The notes under the pieces were generated by a model. It did no database searches and had not been told where the DNA came from. It saw only the letters and a list, made by a program, of their open reading frames with translations. Source: Chiloscyllium plagiosum (Eukaryota). Taken from it: a DNA stretch of 20,000 bases. Of this stretch, positions 19,527-20,000 are shown piece after piece. The stretch spans positions 82,448,385 through 82,468,384 of the forward strand of contig NC_057719.1 of the NCBI RefSeq assembly GCF_004010195.1, read 5' to 3'. Numbering within the stretch: position 1 is the first letter of the stretch; every line of letters starts with the position of its first letter. The position numbers were made by a program, and so were the translations under genes.

Positions 19527-20000
19527 AGAGGTAAAAACAATGACTGCAGATGCTGGAAACCAGATTCTGGATTAGTGGTGCTGGAAGAGCACAGCAATTC
19601 AGGCAGCATCCGACGAGCAGCAAAATCGACGTTTCGGGCAAAAGCCTTTCATCAGGGATAAAGGCAGAGAGCCTGAAGCATGGAGAGATAAGCTAGAGGA
19701 GGGTGGGGGTGGGGAGAAAGTAGCATAGAGTACAATAGCTGAGTGGGGGAGGAGATGAAGGTGATAGGTCAGGGAGGAGAGGGTGGAGTGGATAGGTGGA
19801 AAAGGATCTAGGCAGGTCGGACAAATCCGGACAGGTCAAGGGGACAGTGTGGAGCTGGAAGTTTGAAACTAGGATGAGGTGGGGGAAGGGGAAATGAGGA
19901 AACTGTTGAAGTCCACATTGATGCCCTGGGGTTGAAGTGTTCCGAGGCGGAAGATGAGGCATTCTTCCTCCAGGCGTCTGGTGGTGAGGGAGCGGAGGTG
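19527..20000 (-). mobile_element. Penelope-like element, family B, 3' end (GIY-YIG C-terminus, 3' UTR, terminal repeat); runs off the window
   Basis: TRRLEEECLIFRLGTLQPQGINVDFNSF, homologous to 4850-4980. The terminal repeat is homologous to 13866-13990. Confidence 0.92.
19624..19659 (-). ncRNA. Minimal hammerhead ribozyme motif in the PLE terminal repeat
   Basis: ATCC-CTGATGA-AA-GGC-TTTT-GCC-C-GAAAC-GTC-GATT, with one stem-II closing pair lost. Confidence 0.65.

Overview
Repeat-rich vertebrate genomic DNA, very probably a shark. This is inferred from HE1-type V-SINEs and typical elasmobranch CR1 and Penelope-like families. No intact protein-coding gene is visible, and almost every listed ORF is a decayed transposon frame or its antisense. 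Most of the window is degraded retroelements: CR1 LINEs, a second CR1/L2-group LINE with a related SINE, a Rex1/Babar LINE, two Penelope-like (PLE, RT + GIY-YIG) families, tRNA-derived SINEs, a solo LTR and a probable Harbinger Myb/SANT relic. The main host feature is a CpG-island promoter (~7300-8085) with a 53-bp ETS-motif tandem repeat, a candidate first-exon donor (7348) and a candidate downstream exon (13771-13839). The most striking pattern is a set of short (about 90-215 bp), non-coding, often self-inverted PLE terminal-repeat elements. They carry minimal hammerhead-ribozyme cores, and five of them are flanked by apparent target-site duplications.
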